This document shows, one piece after another, positions 32,428 to 42,847 of a stretch of 44,262 nucleotides of DNA. The stretch is from IMG/VR virus record IMGVR_UViG_3300017646_000172, positions 1 through 44,262 of that record; one strand, given 5' to 3'. The stretch comes from a virus (Duplodnaviria > Caudoviricetes). Numbering within the stretch: the first letter of the stretch is position 1; the number at the start of each line of letters is the position of its first letter. The translations under genes were made by a program, and so were the position numbers. A model generated the notes under the pieces. The model did no database searches, was not told the origin of the DNA, and saw only the letters and a list, made by a program, of their open reading frames with translations.

Positions 32428-35118
32428 ATGGCAACTGATCTTGAAACGCTCGTGGTTCAGCTTTCCGCTGACTTCAGGAGCTTCGAGCGCAGCATGGCAA
32501 GGGCTAACGGCATTACGAACCGTCAGTTCAATGCTATCGAAAAGCGCGCTCGCCAGATGAACAAAAATCTGGATGCCATCTTTGCGCGGTCTTTTAGCGG
32601 GCTTGTCGCGCCATTGGGCGGTATCGGTGCGGCGCTAGGTACGCGGGAAATCCTTCGCTACGCAGATGCGTGGACATCCGCCAAGAATAGCCTTGCTGTC
32701 GCGGGGGTTGTTGGTAACGAACAGAAACAGGTTCTGGAACAGCTTTATCAATCGGCACAGAACAACGCTGCACCGATTACGGCTTTGACCGATCTTTACG
32801 GCAAAGCAGCGCAAGCATCTGATAATCTTGGCGCAAGCCAGTCTGACCTTCTGAAGTTTTCGGACGGTGTTGCTGTTGCCTTGCGAGTAGCAGGAACAAG
32901 CGCCAGTCAGGCATCGGGCGCGCTGACACAGTTGGGCCAGCTGCTTGGTCAGGCCCGTGTTCAGGCGGAGGAGTTCAACAGCGTCAACGAGGGCGCTCGT
33001 CCGATCTTGATGGCTGTTGCGAACGGTCTGGACGCGGCAGGTGGTTCCGTGTCTAAACTCAAGGCGCTCGTGACGGATGGTAAAGTCAGTGGCCAGCAGT
33101 TCTTCCAAGCATTCTTGAAGGGCTTGCCCACTATCCAGGCGATGGCCGCTAACGCAACGCAGACCATCGAGCAGGGGATCACAAAGGTCAATAATGCGTT
33201 CACCAAGTACATTGGGGAAAGCGATGAGAGCCTCGGCGCTTCACAGCGCCTAGTGAAGGCATTAAATGCGCTTGCCGATAACTTCGGGGCTACCGCCGAT
33301 ATTGTTCTGAAGGTTGCTGGCATCATCGCAGGGGCGTTGGTAGGGCGCTCTATCGCGGGGATGATCCGGTCTCTTGGCCTGGCGACATCGGCATTATGGA
33401 GTTTTGTCGGTGCGTTGAGAGCGTCAGCGTCAGCGAATGGGCTTGTAACTGCTTTCGGCGGCCTTGGTGCCGCAGCTGGCCCGGTAGGTGCTGTCATCGG
33501 CGGCACTGTGGTCACCGCGTTGGCTCTCTTTGCGAGCAATAGTGACGCTGCGGGCGTCGGGGCTGATTTGTTCGCTCAGCGTCTTCGAAAAATGGGAGAC
33601 GAAGCGGAGAAGGCAGGGAATAAGGTAGACGAAGCCAAACGCAAAATCGGCGGCGAGGCGGCATTCAATGCGGGTAAGGAGGTAGAATACTCTGTCACCG
33701 CATTGAATGAAGCCAAGACTGCGGCGGATAATCTCTTCGATGCGTGGATACAGGTTCAAGGATTAAGCCTTGTTACAGATGAACAACGAGAACAACTGAC
33801 CAAGCTCAAAAAGGGATTGGACGACGGAACTGTTTCGGCTGACGACGCAAAGAACGCCATTTTTGATATGGCGAAGGCCGATTACAACTTCGAGGAAGCG
33901 GCCAATCAGTTCAAGCCTGTTCTTGATGCACTAGCGCTTGTCAGCGCGGCAGCGAAGCAAGCTCAGGCAGATATGGCCAGCCTTTCAGGCACTAATGTCA
34001 TTGAAGGTCGCGACGAACGGTCATCGAAAGACCCGTACATCCAAGCCCGTGCGGCAGGGAACGCCTATGTGGCAGAGGCCCAGCGCCGAAATTCACTAAG
34101 TAAGCAACAACTGGCTATCGAAACAGAAATAGCCAAAATTCGCAAAGATGCCGAAAAATCGGGTGCTGCCCTCACTGACAAGCAAATCCGCGAACTGGCC
34201 GAAGCAAATGTAGCGGCAGACAAGCGGCGCTCTGATGAGGGAAAGAAGCCGAAGAAGGAAAAGGCAACCCAGAAATCAACAGATCAGAAGATCGACAGTG
34301 ATGTACAGGCAGTCCGAGACCGGATTGCCGCCATGCAACTAGAAACGCAGATCGTTGGCAAATCGTATCAAGAACAGGAAAAGCGGCGCATGTCGCTGGA
34401 ACTGGAGCAGCAGGCGCTCGCCAAGCTTCGCGACGAAGCGATTAAGAAGGGCCAGACGGACCTTTCGAACATTACCATATCGTCCGAACAGCGCGCCCAG
34501 ATCGATGAAGTCTCTGCTGCCTACGCTCGGCAGGCTGATGAGCTTCGCCGCGTACAGGAGCAACAAGACAGGGCCGATCAGGCCGCGAGCGAGTTTTACG
34601 ACACGTTCAAGTCGAGTATGTCAGGGGCAATTCGCGGGGCGGAAAGCTTCAGCGATGCGCTGTCCAACATTCTCGACAAGCTCGCGGACATGCTTCTGAA
34701 CGCTGCTTTCGATGCTCTGTTTAAGCCATCGACTGGCGGAACTGGCGGCGGCCTTTTCGGAAGCCTGTTCAGTGGATTGGGTAGCCTGATCCCCGGCTTT
34801 GCCAAGGGAACAAACTCTGCTCCGCGTGGCTTGGCTGTCGTGGGCGAGAACGGTCCTGAATTAGTGCGCTTTAGCGGCGGCGAGCAGGTTATCCCGAACC
34901 ATAAGCTGAATGCCCCGACGTTGCCTAACCTTCGCGGCGCGTCATCCAGCGGCGGCGGTGGCTCGTTCACTTTCGCACCTGTCATCGATGCTCGCGGGGC
35001 TGATGTGGCGGCTGTGGCAAGGCTTGAACAGGTAGTGGCTAAGCAACAGGCAGAATTTAGCGGTCGCGTTGTGCAGACCATGAGACAGGCCAAATCAACC
35101 CGGAACTGGAGAGGCTAA
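32428..35118 (+). CDS. Tail tape measure protein
   Basis: LETLVVQLSAD N-terminus; QLGQLLG...AEEFNSVNE tape-measure domain; GFAKG...VGENGPEL C-terminus; Ala-rich helical. Confidence 0.95.
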   Translation: MATDLETLVVQLSADFRSFERSMARANGITNRQFNAIEKRARQMNKNLDAIFARSFSGLVAPLGGIGAALGTREILRYADAWTSAKNSLAVAGVVGNEQKQVLEQLYQSAQNNAAPITALTDLYGKAAQASDNLGASQSDLLKFSDGVAVALRVAGTSASQASGALTQLGQLLGQARVQAEEFNSVNEGARPILMAVANGLDAAGGSVSKLKALVTDGKVSGQQFFQAFLKGLPTIQAMAANATQTIEQGITKVNNAFTKYIGESDESLGASQRLVKALNALADNFGATADIVLKVAGIIAGALVGRSIAGMIRSLGLATSALWSFVGALRASASANGLVTAFGGLGAAAGPVGAVIGGTVVTALALFASNSDAAGVGADLFAQRLRKMGDEAEKAGNKVDEAKRKIGGEAAFNAGKEVEYSVTALNEAKTAADNLFDAWIQVQGLSLVTDEQREQLTKLKKGLDDGTVSADDAKNAIFDMAKADYNFEEAANQFKPVLDALALVSAAAKQAQADMASLSGTNVIEGRDERSSKDPYIQARAAGNAYVAEAQRRNSLSKQQLAIETEIAKIRKDAEKSGAALTDKQIRELAEANVAADKRRSDEGKKPKKEKATQKSTDQKIDSDVQAVRDRIAAMQLETQIVGKSYQEQEKRRMSLELEQQALAKLRDEAIKKGQTDLSNITISSEQRAQIDEVSAAYARQADELRRVQEQQDRADQAASEFYDTFKSSMSGAIRGAESFSDALSNILDKLADMLLNAAFDALFKPSTGGTGGGLFGSLFSGLGSLIPGFAKGTNSAPRGLAVVGENGPELVRFSGGEQVIPNHKLNAPTLPNLRGASSSGGGGSFTFAPVIDARGADVAAVARLEQVVAKQQAEFSGRVVQTMRQAKSTRNWRG

Positions 35119-35727
35119 GTGGCGATCACGTATCCTTACGACATCCTTGCCGATTTTCCGGGTTGGTCAACTGACTTTGATCTGGCTTACCGGCAGGAAA
35201 CGAGCCGTACGGCTATAGGCCAGACCTTCGTCAAGGACTTCGGTTCGCCTCTTTGGACAGCAACATACCAATCCCGATCCATGCGCCCGAATGAATTGGA
35301 CGCTTGGCGGGCAAGGTTGAAGGCTCTGGAAGGCGGGCTGAAGCAGTTTCGGGGCAGGCCAACCAGCCGGTGCTATCCAATTGCCTATCCGAACGGTACG
35401 GGCATGGGGAATGTTTCGGCTGTCACGGTCGGAAGCATCGGAACGAACCGGAACACAATTGGCCTCTCTGGCCTACCGGGTGGCTACATCGCCAGCGTGG
35501 GCGACTATCTCCAGATCAGAACGAACGACCTTCACCAGATCGTCAACGTGTCCGGTTCGGAGATCGAAGTTAGACCGCACCTATGGCCAACTACAGCAGT
35601 TGGAGACGCTGTGACGCTCGTTAAGCCGTCCTGCCTGATGACGATTGTGCCGGGATCGATCAATACGACCGCTGACCTTTCAACAGGCCGGGGGGTAATC
35701 ACGTTCCAAGGGTTTGAAAGCCGATGA
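35119..35727 (+). CDS. Distal tail protein-like
   Basis: Position after tape measure; LW.ATYQS...WRA.L..LEGG motif. Confidence 0.75.
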   Translation: MAITYPYDILADFPGWSTDFDLAYRQETSRTAIGQTFVKDFGSPLWTATYQSRSMRPNELDAWRARLKALEGGLKQFRGRPTSRCYPIAYPNGTGMGNVSAVTVGSIGTNRNTIGLSGLPGGYIASVGDYLQIRTNDLHQIVNVSGSEIEVRPHLWPTTAVGDAVTLVKPSCLMTIVPGSINTTADLSTGRGVITFQGFESR

Positions 35728-36401
35728 GAAATCTCTCAGCCGAAAACTATACGGCTCTGCAAGCTCGCCAACTGGTTGCGCGAGATTTCCTCTGGCTCGT
35801 AGCGCGTGACCGGGCGACCGGCGCAAACTTCTCCTATGGCTTCTGGTCAGACGTGGGCGACGTTCAAGCGCCAATGCTTAATCCAAATACCGGACTGGCA
35901 GAGACACGCAACTTCGAAGGCTCTGGAACGCTCATTCAGATCAGTGACATACCGCTTGTCGCTAACCTGACGGTTCAGACAATCGATGTCACGATGAACC
36001 AGATCGATGAAGCCGTGAACAACATCGTTCGCGGGTATGATCTGAAACAAGGACAGGTCGAGGTCTATCGCGGTCTGTTCTCGCCGGTTTCGCGGCAATT
36101 GGTTGCTCCGGCAGTCAACCGCTTCATCGGCTTTGTCGATGAGATCGAGATCAAGACACCGAAGGAAGGCGAGGAGGGTAGTGTAACGCTCACCTGTGCC
36201 AGCCACAGCCACGAGTTTACGCGGTACAATCCGAGCACCCGTTCACATGAAGACCAGAAGAAGCGCGACCCTGACGATGATTTCTTCGTGGATGCATCGA
36301 CGGTCGGTGAGTGGGAGCATTTTTGGGGCCAGAAGAGCGGCAAGGTGACGACCGCAGCTGCTCAGCGGATCGGAGCCAGTGTAAGGGCTGCAAACCAATG
36401 A
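35724..36401 (+). CDS. Tail tip/baseplate hub protein (DUF2163-like)
   Basis: VEVYRGLF...FIGFVD...SHEDQKKRDPDDDFF...FWG. Confidence 0.75.
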   Translation: MRNLSAENYTALQARQLVARDFLWLVARDRATGANFSYGFWSDVGDVQAPMLNPNTGLAETRNFEGSGTLIQISDIPLVANLTVQTIDVTMNQIDEAVNNIVRGYDLKQGQVEVYRGLFSPVSRQLVAPAVNRFIGFVDEIEIKTPKEGEEGSVTLTCASHSHEFTRYNPSTRSHEDQKKRDPDDDFFVDASTVGEWEHFWGQKSGKVTTAAAQRIGASVRAANQ

Positions 36402-36832
36402 TACGGCGGGCCGTGACGGCTGACCGTTTGGATATTCTTGCGATGTGCAGGCAGTTCCATACGGAAAGCGGCGTCGGATTGTCCTTCAATGCCGCTACCG
36501 CGATTATGACAATCGACCAAGTGCTGGCAATGAAAGATGCCTTCGTATCCGTTCTAGACATAGATGGTGCGCTCAAGGGTCTATTCGCTGCCGCGATCTT
36601 ACCGCAATTGTTCTCGACTGACAGAACCGCTCAAGAGCTGATCTGGTGGGTTGATCCTGCCTGCCGCGGGCGTGGCGCGGTGAAGATGCTGGCCGAGTAT
36701 GAGGCTTGGGCACGGTCCAAGGGCTGCCAGGCGATCAACATGGTCGGTCTGGGTGGCGATCCGGTCACAACCCGACTTTACGAGCGTCACGGATATACGG
36801 CGCAAGAACGACACTTTTTGAAACGGCTCTAG
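36398..36832 (+). CDS. GNAT-family N-acetyltransferase
   Basis: MIRRAV..D...WWVDPACRGRG (acetyl-CoA motif A)...LYERHGY. Confidence 0.85.
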   Translation: MIRRAVTADRLDILAMCRQFHTESGVGLSFNAATAIMTIDQVLAMKDAFVSVLDIDGALKGLFAAAILPQLFSTDRTAQELIWWVDPACRGRGAVKMLAEYEAWARSKGCQAINMVGLGGDPVTTRLYERHGYTAQERHFLKRL

Positions 36833-36851
36833 CCGCTCTCCGAGGACATCA

Positions 36852-39476
36852 ATGGCTGTTTTTACCTCGCTTGGCGTTGCGGGCTTTCTTGGCGTGCAAG
36901 CTGGTCTGTTTACCAGTGTGTCCGCATTCGCATTGAATGCGGCGCTTGGTGTTGGTCTTTCGCTAGCTGCCCGTGCTCTGAATGGTCAGAAAGCTCAAGA
37001 GAGTGGCGGCGTTAAGGGAAAGCTTCAGGCCGGTGGTGATGTATCTCGTTCGGTTGTGTTCGGGCGCACCTGCACGGCTGGGTCATTGGTCTACGCGAAC
37101 ACCTGGGGCAAGTCCGGCAAGACGCCGAATGCCTATTTCACTCAGGTGATTGCGCTTGCTGACCATCCCATCCGTGAACTGACTGGCCTTTGGGTTAATG
37201 GCGAAGCAGTCACCATTGATACGAACGATACTTCGTATGGCGATTGGGGTTTCCCGGTCAAAGAATACGAGACCGACGGAGACGACAACCACCTGTGGAT
37301 CAAGTGGTACGACGGCACCCAGACCGTGGCCGATCCGTTCCTTGTCAATACGGTTTCGAGCGCTCAGCGCCCATACAGCAACAAACGTATCGGTAAGGGC
37401 GTGGCTTATGCCATCGTCACAGCCCAGATCGATGAGGAACTGTTCACCGGTTTCCCGCAGTTCAAATTCGAGATACAGGGCCGCAAGCTCTATGATATCT
37501 CGAAAGACAGCACGGCAGGCGGTTCCGGTCCGCAGCGCTGGAGCACCCCGTCAACATGGGGCGGTGATGGCGACGATCTGCTGGCCGTTCAGGTCTATAA
37601 CATCCTTCGCGGGATCATTGAGCAAGGAACGTGGCTGTACGGCCTACAGACGGTCACCAGTGCGCGTTTGCCTGCTGCTGACTGGATTGCCCAGATCAAC
37701 AAGTGTCGCTTGCAGGTGCAAGGCCCTGACGGTCTTGAGCCGCAGTTCGTTACCGGTGGTGAAATCACCGTCGATACTGCGATTGGCGACATCGTTGACA
37801 AGCTACTGACCGGCGGTAATGCGCGCCTGATCGAGACGGCTGGCACTTACAAAATTCGTGTGGGCGAGCCTGACCCACCAGTCGGGACAATCAATGATGA
37901 AGTGATCCTTGATACCGAGGAGCAGACCTTCACGCCGTTCTTCGGCTTGTCGGAGACGGTCAATGGGATCACGGCGACCTATCCAGAGCCGAACGAAGGA
38001 TGGAATACCAAGGCAGCGCCGCCTCTCTATAACGCCACATATGAGGTCGAGGACGGCAATAGACGCCTGCTGACCGATGTGCCGATGGATTATGTCTATC
38101 GGTCTGGTCAGGTGCAGCGCCTGATGAAAGCGGCTTTGAACGAGGCTCGCCGCGCCCGTCGTCACACGTTTGTGCTTCCACCGTCATACTGGACGCTGGA
38201 ACCGGGCGATGTGATTTCGTGGACTTCGGAGCGTAACGGCTACGTCAACAAGCTCATGCGCGTTGATGGGGTGACGGACAAGGCTAATCTTGATGTCGTG
38301 GTGGACCTGACCGAAGTCGATCCATCCGATTACGATTGGGACCCGGATACGGATTACACGCCGCCGGTCTTTGCACCAATTGGCACGATCCGCCCGACGC
38401 CGCAGCCGATTGTCGATTTCTCGGCTGTCGCATCGGTGGCTCAGGACGATAACGGAAACAACCGCCGGTGCGCGATCCTGCTTGGATGGGACGGCGATCA
38501 ACCCGATGTCGATCTGGTCATGTACGAGATCAGAACGGCTTGGGATTTGTCCGTTATCTTCGCAGGCCGCACCGAACGGGTTTCTGTCGGCTCGATGCTC
38601 GTAGCTCCGGGGATGCTGCTTCTTCCCACGAAGTCGTATCAAATCCGCGCCCGATACGCGACATATGCCGGGAACCGTCCGTTCGAATGGTCTGACTGGA
38701 TACCGGTGACGATGCTGGATATCCGCCTCGGCCCGCTCGACATCTACCCAATTATTGTTGATCAGCTCAATCAAGATGTTGTGCGCAACTGGGCATGGCA
38801 GAACGATGCAATTCGTTACACGCTGGAAGAGCTTGATCGCATTGGCGCACAGTCAAGTGAACAAGACAGCGCAAACTACTTCGACAAGCAGACCCTTCGC
38901 CGGGAAATGTCGGTCACCGCGGAAGGTCTCAAGGCTTCGTATACCGAGGCTATTGAAGTCGCCATCGGCCCCGGTTCGGCAATTGTCACCCGGATTGAAA
39001 GTCTGGAGGTCCAGGTTAATGACAACATCGCTCAAGCCGTCGATCTGTTGCAAACCCAGATCAACACGCTCGATGGGCAGGTAACAGCAACCGCAAACGC
39101 TGTAACAGGCCTGACGGCGACCGTGGGCAACTTCTCGGCATCGGGGCTTTTCCGCACCACTGTGGAAGCAACGCCAGCCGGGGCCATGGCTCGTATCGGT
39201 CTGAGTGTGTCGGCATCCGGCAGTGGATCGACATCGCAGGCCGCCATATTCCTTGATGCGCTGACAGGCGGTCAAAGCCGTGTCGTCATCAATGCTGACC
39301 AGTTCATCGTCACCAACGGCACGAACAGTCAGGCACCGCTCACATTCATCTCCGGTGGCTTGGCCCTTCAGGTCGCCAATATCGGTGATGTGACTGCGGG
39401 CATTCTTCGCTCTCCAGACAATCAGGTCGTGTTCAATCTTGCAGCGAAGACGCTGATCTTTAGTGACAATACGTGA
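36852..39476 (+). CDS. Tail tip / host-specificity protein (lambda J-like)
   Basis: RSVVFGR...LEPGDVI...; C-terminal coiled coil and SRVVINADQF (DUF1983-like). Confidence 0.9.
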   Translation: MAVFTSLGVAGFLGVQAGLFTSVSAFALNAALGVGLSLAARALNGQKAQESGGVKGKLQAGGDVSRSVVFGRTCTAGSLVYANTWGKSGKTPNAYFTQVIALADHPIRELTGLWVNGEAVTIDTNDTSYGDWGFPVKEYETDGDDNHLWIKWYDGTQTVADPFLVNTVSSAQRPYSNKRIGKGVAYAIVTAQIDEELFTGFPQFKFEIQGRKLYDISKDSTAGGSGPQRWSTPSTWGGDGDDLLAVQVYNILRGIIEQGTWLYGLQTVTSARLPAADWIAQINKCRLQVQGPDGLEPQFVTGGEITVDTAIGDIVDKLLTGGNARLIETAGTYKIRVGEPDPPVGTINDEVILDTEEQTFTPFFGLSETVNGITATYPEPNEGWNTKAAPPLYNATYEVEDGNRRLLTDVPMDYVYRSGQVQRLMKAALNEARRARRHTFVLPPSYWTLEPGDVISWTSERNGYVNKLMRVDGVTDKANLDVVVDLTEVDPSDYDWDPDTDYTPPVFAPIGTIRPTPQPIVDFSAVASVAQDDNGNNRRCAILLGWDGDQPDVDLVMYEIRTAWDLSVIFAGRTERVSVGSMLVAPGMLLLPTKSYQIRARYATYAGNRPFEWSDWIPVTMLDIRLGPLDIYPIIVDQLNQDVVRNWAWQNDAIRYTLEELDRIGAQSSEQDSANYFDKQTLRREMSVTAEGLKASYTEAIEVAIGPGSAIVTRIESLEVQVNDNIAQAVDLLQTQINTLDGQVTATANAVTGLTATVGNFSASGLFRTTVEATPAGAMARIGLSVSASGSGSTSQAAIFLDALTGGQSRVVINADQFIVTNGTNSQAPLTFISGGLALQVANIGDVTAGILRSPDNQVVFNLAAKTLIFSDNT

Positions 39477-39482
39477 GGAACT

Positions 39483-39914
39483 ATGGCTCAGCGTGTCTTT
39501 CTCAGCGGTAATCCGCCTCGGCTTATAACCAGTAAACCGGGGCAGAATGCTTCTCCTTCGTTGGCCGATGACCAGAAAACGTTCGACAGCGATTGGTTCT
39601 ACGGAGGGGGCATTAAGTTCCATCTCACAGCCAACTCCCTGAACACAACTACCGTCAACTTCCCAATGGCGTTGACTTATATACCGTCTGTTGTCGGCAT
39701 TCAGGTTATGGATATGGATAAAGAGCCCGCCAAACTCCTCAGGAGGGAGGGCGGAGTACCTGCACCCCCAAGCAATGCGAAAACAATAATTCTCCTTGGC
39801 GGTGCGGATGGTGCCAATCGGGCTAACATCGGAACGTCATCAATCTATAACATCCCGCTCCAGACCAACACATTCTATAATTACATCACCCACTTTTTTG
39901 TGTTTGAAGCATGA
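39483..39914 (+). CDS. Small tail-tip accessory protein 1
   Basis: GAGGA RBS; RLITSKPGQNA...FDSDW motif. Confidence 0.75.
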   Translation: MAQRVFLSGNPPRLITSKPGQNASPSLADDQKTFDSDWFYGGGIKFHLTANSLNTTTVNFPMALTYIPSVVGIQVMDMDKEPAKLLRREGGVPAPPSNAKTIILLGGADGANRANIGTSSIYNIPLQTNTFYNYITHFFVFEA

Positions 39915-40363
39915 GCAAGAGAATATTTTGTGGGCTTCAAGGCTCGAAAGCTTCGTTCCGTGTAGCACTGCCGGGGCAGGATGCTGAGATCGGCAACGGC
40001 CCAATGGTGTATTCGTCAGATAACGACTTTTTGCGCGTTCATGTGCGCTCTAGTCCGGCTGGCGAGGTGATGACAAACATCGGTAACGGTGGTGTAGGTG
40101 GGCGATATCTTTACACACTGTATAGGACGTTCCCTGATCTTGGTTATCTTCCGCTCATTTTCTACACAGTTTGCATCGACAGCGAGGGCGGGTTGAACAA
40201 CCGTGTGATTTATCCGTGGGATAGCTCGGCTTTCACGGATCGTTATCCGGTTACCGTCAACTGCGCCATATCGAACAATGCCGTTTGGTTCTCGTGTGAG
40301 GGTTACAACTTCTCTCAAACCCTGAAAATCAAATACGTGATCTTCAAAAATAGGTTGCTGTAA
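39911..40363 (+). CDS. Small tail-tip accessory protein 2
   Basis: FRVALPGQDA...YSSD...LGYLP. Confidence 0.75.
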   Translation: MSKRIFCGLQGSKASFRVALPGQDAEIGNGPMVYSSDNDFLRVHVRSSPAGEVMTNIGNGGVGGRYLYTLYRTFPDLGYLPLIFYTVCIDSEGGLNNRVIYPWDSSAFTDRYPVTVNCAISNNAVWFSCEGYNFSQTLKIKYVIFKNRLL

Positions 40364-40701
40364 TGCCTAAGAGGATAAAGTTCTCACCGGATGGCGTGAC
40401 GGTTTCCAAGCCTGGCTTTGATGTCGATGTTGCCAGCTTGGAAAACCTGACGATGTATCCGGGTATGGAGCCGATGAGGCCAATATACTCGAATGCGGCG
40501 ACATTCTCAGGGGCCGGAAGCCAAGACTTCACTTTCGCGAACCCAACCGGCGCAATTCCTTATGTCGTCATGAGATCGTCCGAAGGAACTTTCCCGGCGA
40601 GAGATAAATTCTGCGCCGAGATGTGGGAGCCTTACACCACTTGTCGCATTCGCAATATCGACGGTGTTGGCAGAACAATTCGCTTCTTCGTACTCGTTTA
40701 A
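40363..40701 (+). CDS. Small tail-tip accessory protein 3
   Basis: VTVSKPGFDV...IPYV. Confidence 0.75.
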   Translation: MPKRIKFSPDGVTVSKPGFDVDVASLENLTMYPGMEPMRPIYSNAATFSGAGSQDFTFANPTGAIPYVVMRSSEGTFPARDKFCAEMWEPYTTCRIRNIDGVGRTIRFFVLV

Positions 40702-40716
40702 ATCAGGAAATCAGAA

Positions 40717-40965
40717 ATGACAGAAACGACGGTGGATAAACCGGTGCAGCCTTCGCACGTCCAAATCGACCCAATGGCGGCGGCTAGCGAGGCGATGGCG
40801 CTGAATGAGTTCTACAAGAACCGGAACTTGCTTCTGGCTAATGAGATCGCCGGTATGCGCGCCCAGATGGCCATCCTTGAGGCTCAGAACGAAGCCTTCC
40901 GCATCGAGCTAGAGCAGCGCAACAAAGACCTTGAAGCCGCTCAGAAGTCTAAGAGGAGCGCATAA
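40717..40965 (+). CDS. Small coiled-coil protein (possible fibre chaperone)
   Basis: AGGA RBS; heptad C-terminus; precedes tail fibre. Confidence 0.7.
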   Translation: MTETTVDKPVQPSHVQIDPMAAASEAMALNEFYKNRNLLLANEIAGMRAQMAILEAQNEAFRIELEQRNKDLEAAQKSKRSA

Positions 40966-42302
40966 TGGCAATCAGACCCGATTACCAAACTGGAACGATT
41001 GACCTCGTTGCGTCTAGCGCGGATTTCACCACCACGGGCGCAGCGCTCCAGATGGTGGCAGTACAGCCCGGCGACGCTATTATTACACCGTCTGGCCATG
41101 TCCTGATTATCGCGTCCATTACAGGACAGAACTCCGGCACCCTGTTTTTGCCGTGTCCTCCTGATGCGGCTGGCACTGGTTTGCCATTGCGCATCCGGTT
41201 CCAGCCAGACGGCAGCCGGTATCAGGGCGCAGTGCGCAATCTGATTGATCTGCTCTCCAGTGGGAATGTCGAAGCCTTTGCCGCTCTCGTCGGCGCTGCT
41301 GGCATGGTGCCGATCTTCACCGGCCCCGGCACACTGGACTTGGCCGATCCTGCTACCTTCGGCATCCAAGACCAGAACGGCAGCCTTGGCAAGCTGGCGG
41401 CGCTGACGCTGGCGGCGAATAAGGCAGTTACGACAGACGGCAGCGGCAACGCTCAACAGACTGATCTCGGAACACTTGGCCGGACTTTGCTTGCACTTGC
41501 CACGGGTACAAACGCTCAATACGTGCAGGGTGACGGCACCTTGCAAGCAAAAGCCGGTTTGCCTGTCAGTACTGCAACCCAGACGGCTCTAAATGACAAA
41601 GCTAATCTGAATGGCGCTACTTTTACCGGCAACGTGATAAATAGCCACTCGAATGCAAATACAATATCGCGCCGCCCACGAAACAACACGAGTACTGGCC
41701 AATCAAACGATGGCGGATTTTTATCAAGTGAGGCGGACAATGCTTCACTATCAGCGATACTCTTCTGTAGAGAAACTGTCGGTACAGGAGTAATGGCTAT
41801 CCTCGCTGTGAATGCTGGGGCATCGGCTGCGTATTTCACATTCAATAATGCCGGAGCAATGTCCGTTCCCGGCGCGTTGTCCAAAGGTTCTGGTACATTC
41901 CTAATCGATCACCCGCTCGACCCGTATAACCGCAATCTCCGCCACGGCTTCGTTGAAGCGCCACGCTATGATCTGATCTATCGCGGCACTATTCAGCTTG
42001 TGAATGGCCGTGCCACCGTCGATATCGACGCTGCAAGCAATATGATCTCTGGCACTTTCGCCGCGCTCACCACAAACGCTGTCGTGACCAGCCTACAAAA
42101 TCAGGATGGCTTTGCGCGGCTGAAGCCGGGGGCAATTAATGGCGGATCATTCGAAATCATCTGCGAGGATGAAGCATGCACCGATCATGTGTCGTGGGTC
42201 GTGATTGCAGAGCGCAATGACCCGTTCGTCAAATCCGATCTTGATCAGAATACCGATGGTGATGGCCGCTTCGTGCCAGAGTTCGAAAAGGAGGATGCGT
42301 AA
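40965..42302 (+). CDS. Tail fibre protein
   Basis: Y.TGTI N-terminal anchor; FTGPGT..LAD and PVSTATQTALNDKANLNGATFTG fibre motifs; C-terminal KGSGTFLIDHPLDP...LRHGFVEAP domain. Confidence 0.88.
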   Translation: MAIRPDYQTGTIDLVASSADFTTTGAALQMVAVQPGDAIITPSGHVLIIASITGQNSGTLFLPCPPDAAGTGLPLRIRFQPDGSRYQGAVRNLIDLLSSGNVEAFAALVGAAGMVPIFTGPGTLDLADPATFGIQDQNGSLGKLAALTLAANKAVTTDGSGNAQQTDLGTLGRTLLALATGTNAQYVQGDGTLQAKAGLPVSTATQTALNDKANLNGATFTGNVINSHSNANTISRRPRNNTSTGQSNDGGFLSSEADNASLSAILFCRETVGTGVMAILAVNAGASAAYFTFNNAGAMSVPGALSKGSGTFLIDHPLDPYNRNLRHGFVEAPRYDLIYRGTIQLVNGRATVDIDAASNMISGTFAALTTNAVVTSLQNQDGFARLKPGAINGGSFEIICEDEACTDHVSWVVIAERNDPFVKSDLDQNTDGDGRFVPEFEKEDA

Positions 42303-42772
42303 TGTCTGCCACTGAAATCATCATCGACAGTAGCCGCATCGGCAAAAAAGGCTACCCGATGCACTATGCGGCGTTGGGCCTTAATGCTCCCACGAAGATC
42401 GTACCGATTGAAGAAGGCCAGCCACAGACAAATCATCCCGGCATGACCCTTGCCGAATATGCTGCCGCCAAGCGCTGGGAAAAAGAAGTTGGCGGGATCG
42501 AGATCAACGGCCTAACCGTCGCTACCGATGACCGATCGAAAACCATGATCTCCGGTGCGAGGGTGGCTGCGATGGCCAATCCCGACTTCACTACGGCGTG
42601 GAAAGGATCCAGCGGGGAGTTCGTTCCGCTTGATGCCAGCGCAGTTGTCGCGATCAGCGATGCGGTGCTTGCTCATGTGTCGAATTGCTTTGCAATCGAG
42701 GCGCAGGTGCTGGCTGATATTGAGGACAGAACCATCACTGCCGTCGAACAGATCGATGCTGCATTCGCCTGA
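42302..42772 (+). CDS. DUF4376-like tail fibre-associated protein
   Basis: KRWEKEVGGI...TDDRSK...WK...FVPLDA...HV..CF..EA. Confidence 0.8.
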   Translation: MSATEIIIDSSRIGKKGYPMHYAALGLNAPTKIVPIEEGQPQTNHPGMTLAEYAAAKRWEKEVGGIEINGLTVATDDRSKTMISGARVAAMANPDFTTAWKGSSGEFVPLDASAVVAISDAVLAHVSNCFAIEAQVLADIEDRTITAVEQIDAAFA

Positions 42773-42795
42773 CAAATAAAAAATCTGACGACACG

Positions 42796-42824
42796 AAGCC
42801 GCCCACTGAGGTGGCTTTTTCTTT
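42796..42824 (+). terminator. Intrinsic terminator
   Basis: AAGCCGCC-CACTGA-GGTGGCTT followed by TTTCTTT. Confidence 0.75.
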
Positions 42825-42847
42825 GCCGAAAGGAAATCACCTTGGAT

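Noticed and set aside
36852-42302. Diversity-generating retroelement or invertible tail-fibre cassette
   Set aside because: No RT, no TR/VR pair and no invertase or flanking inverted repeats seen
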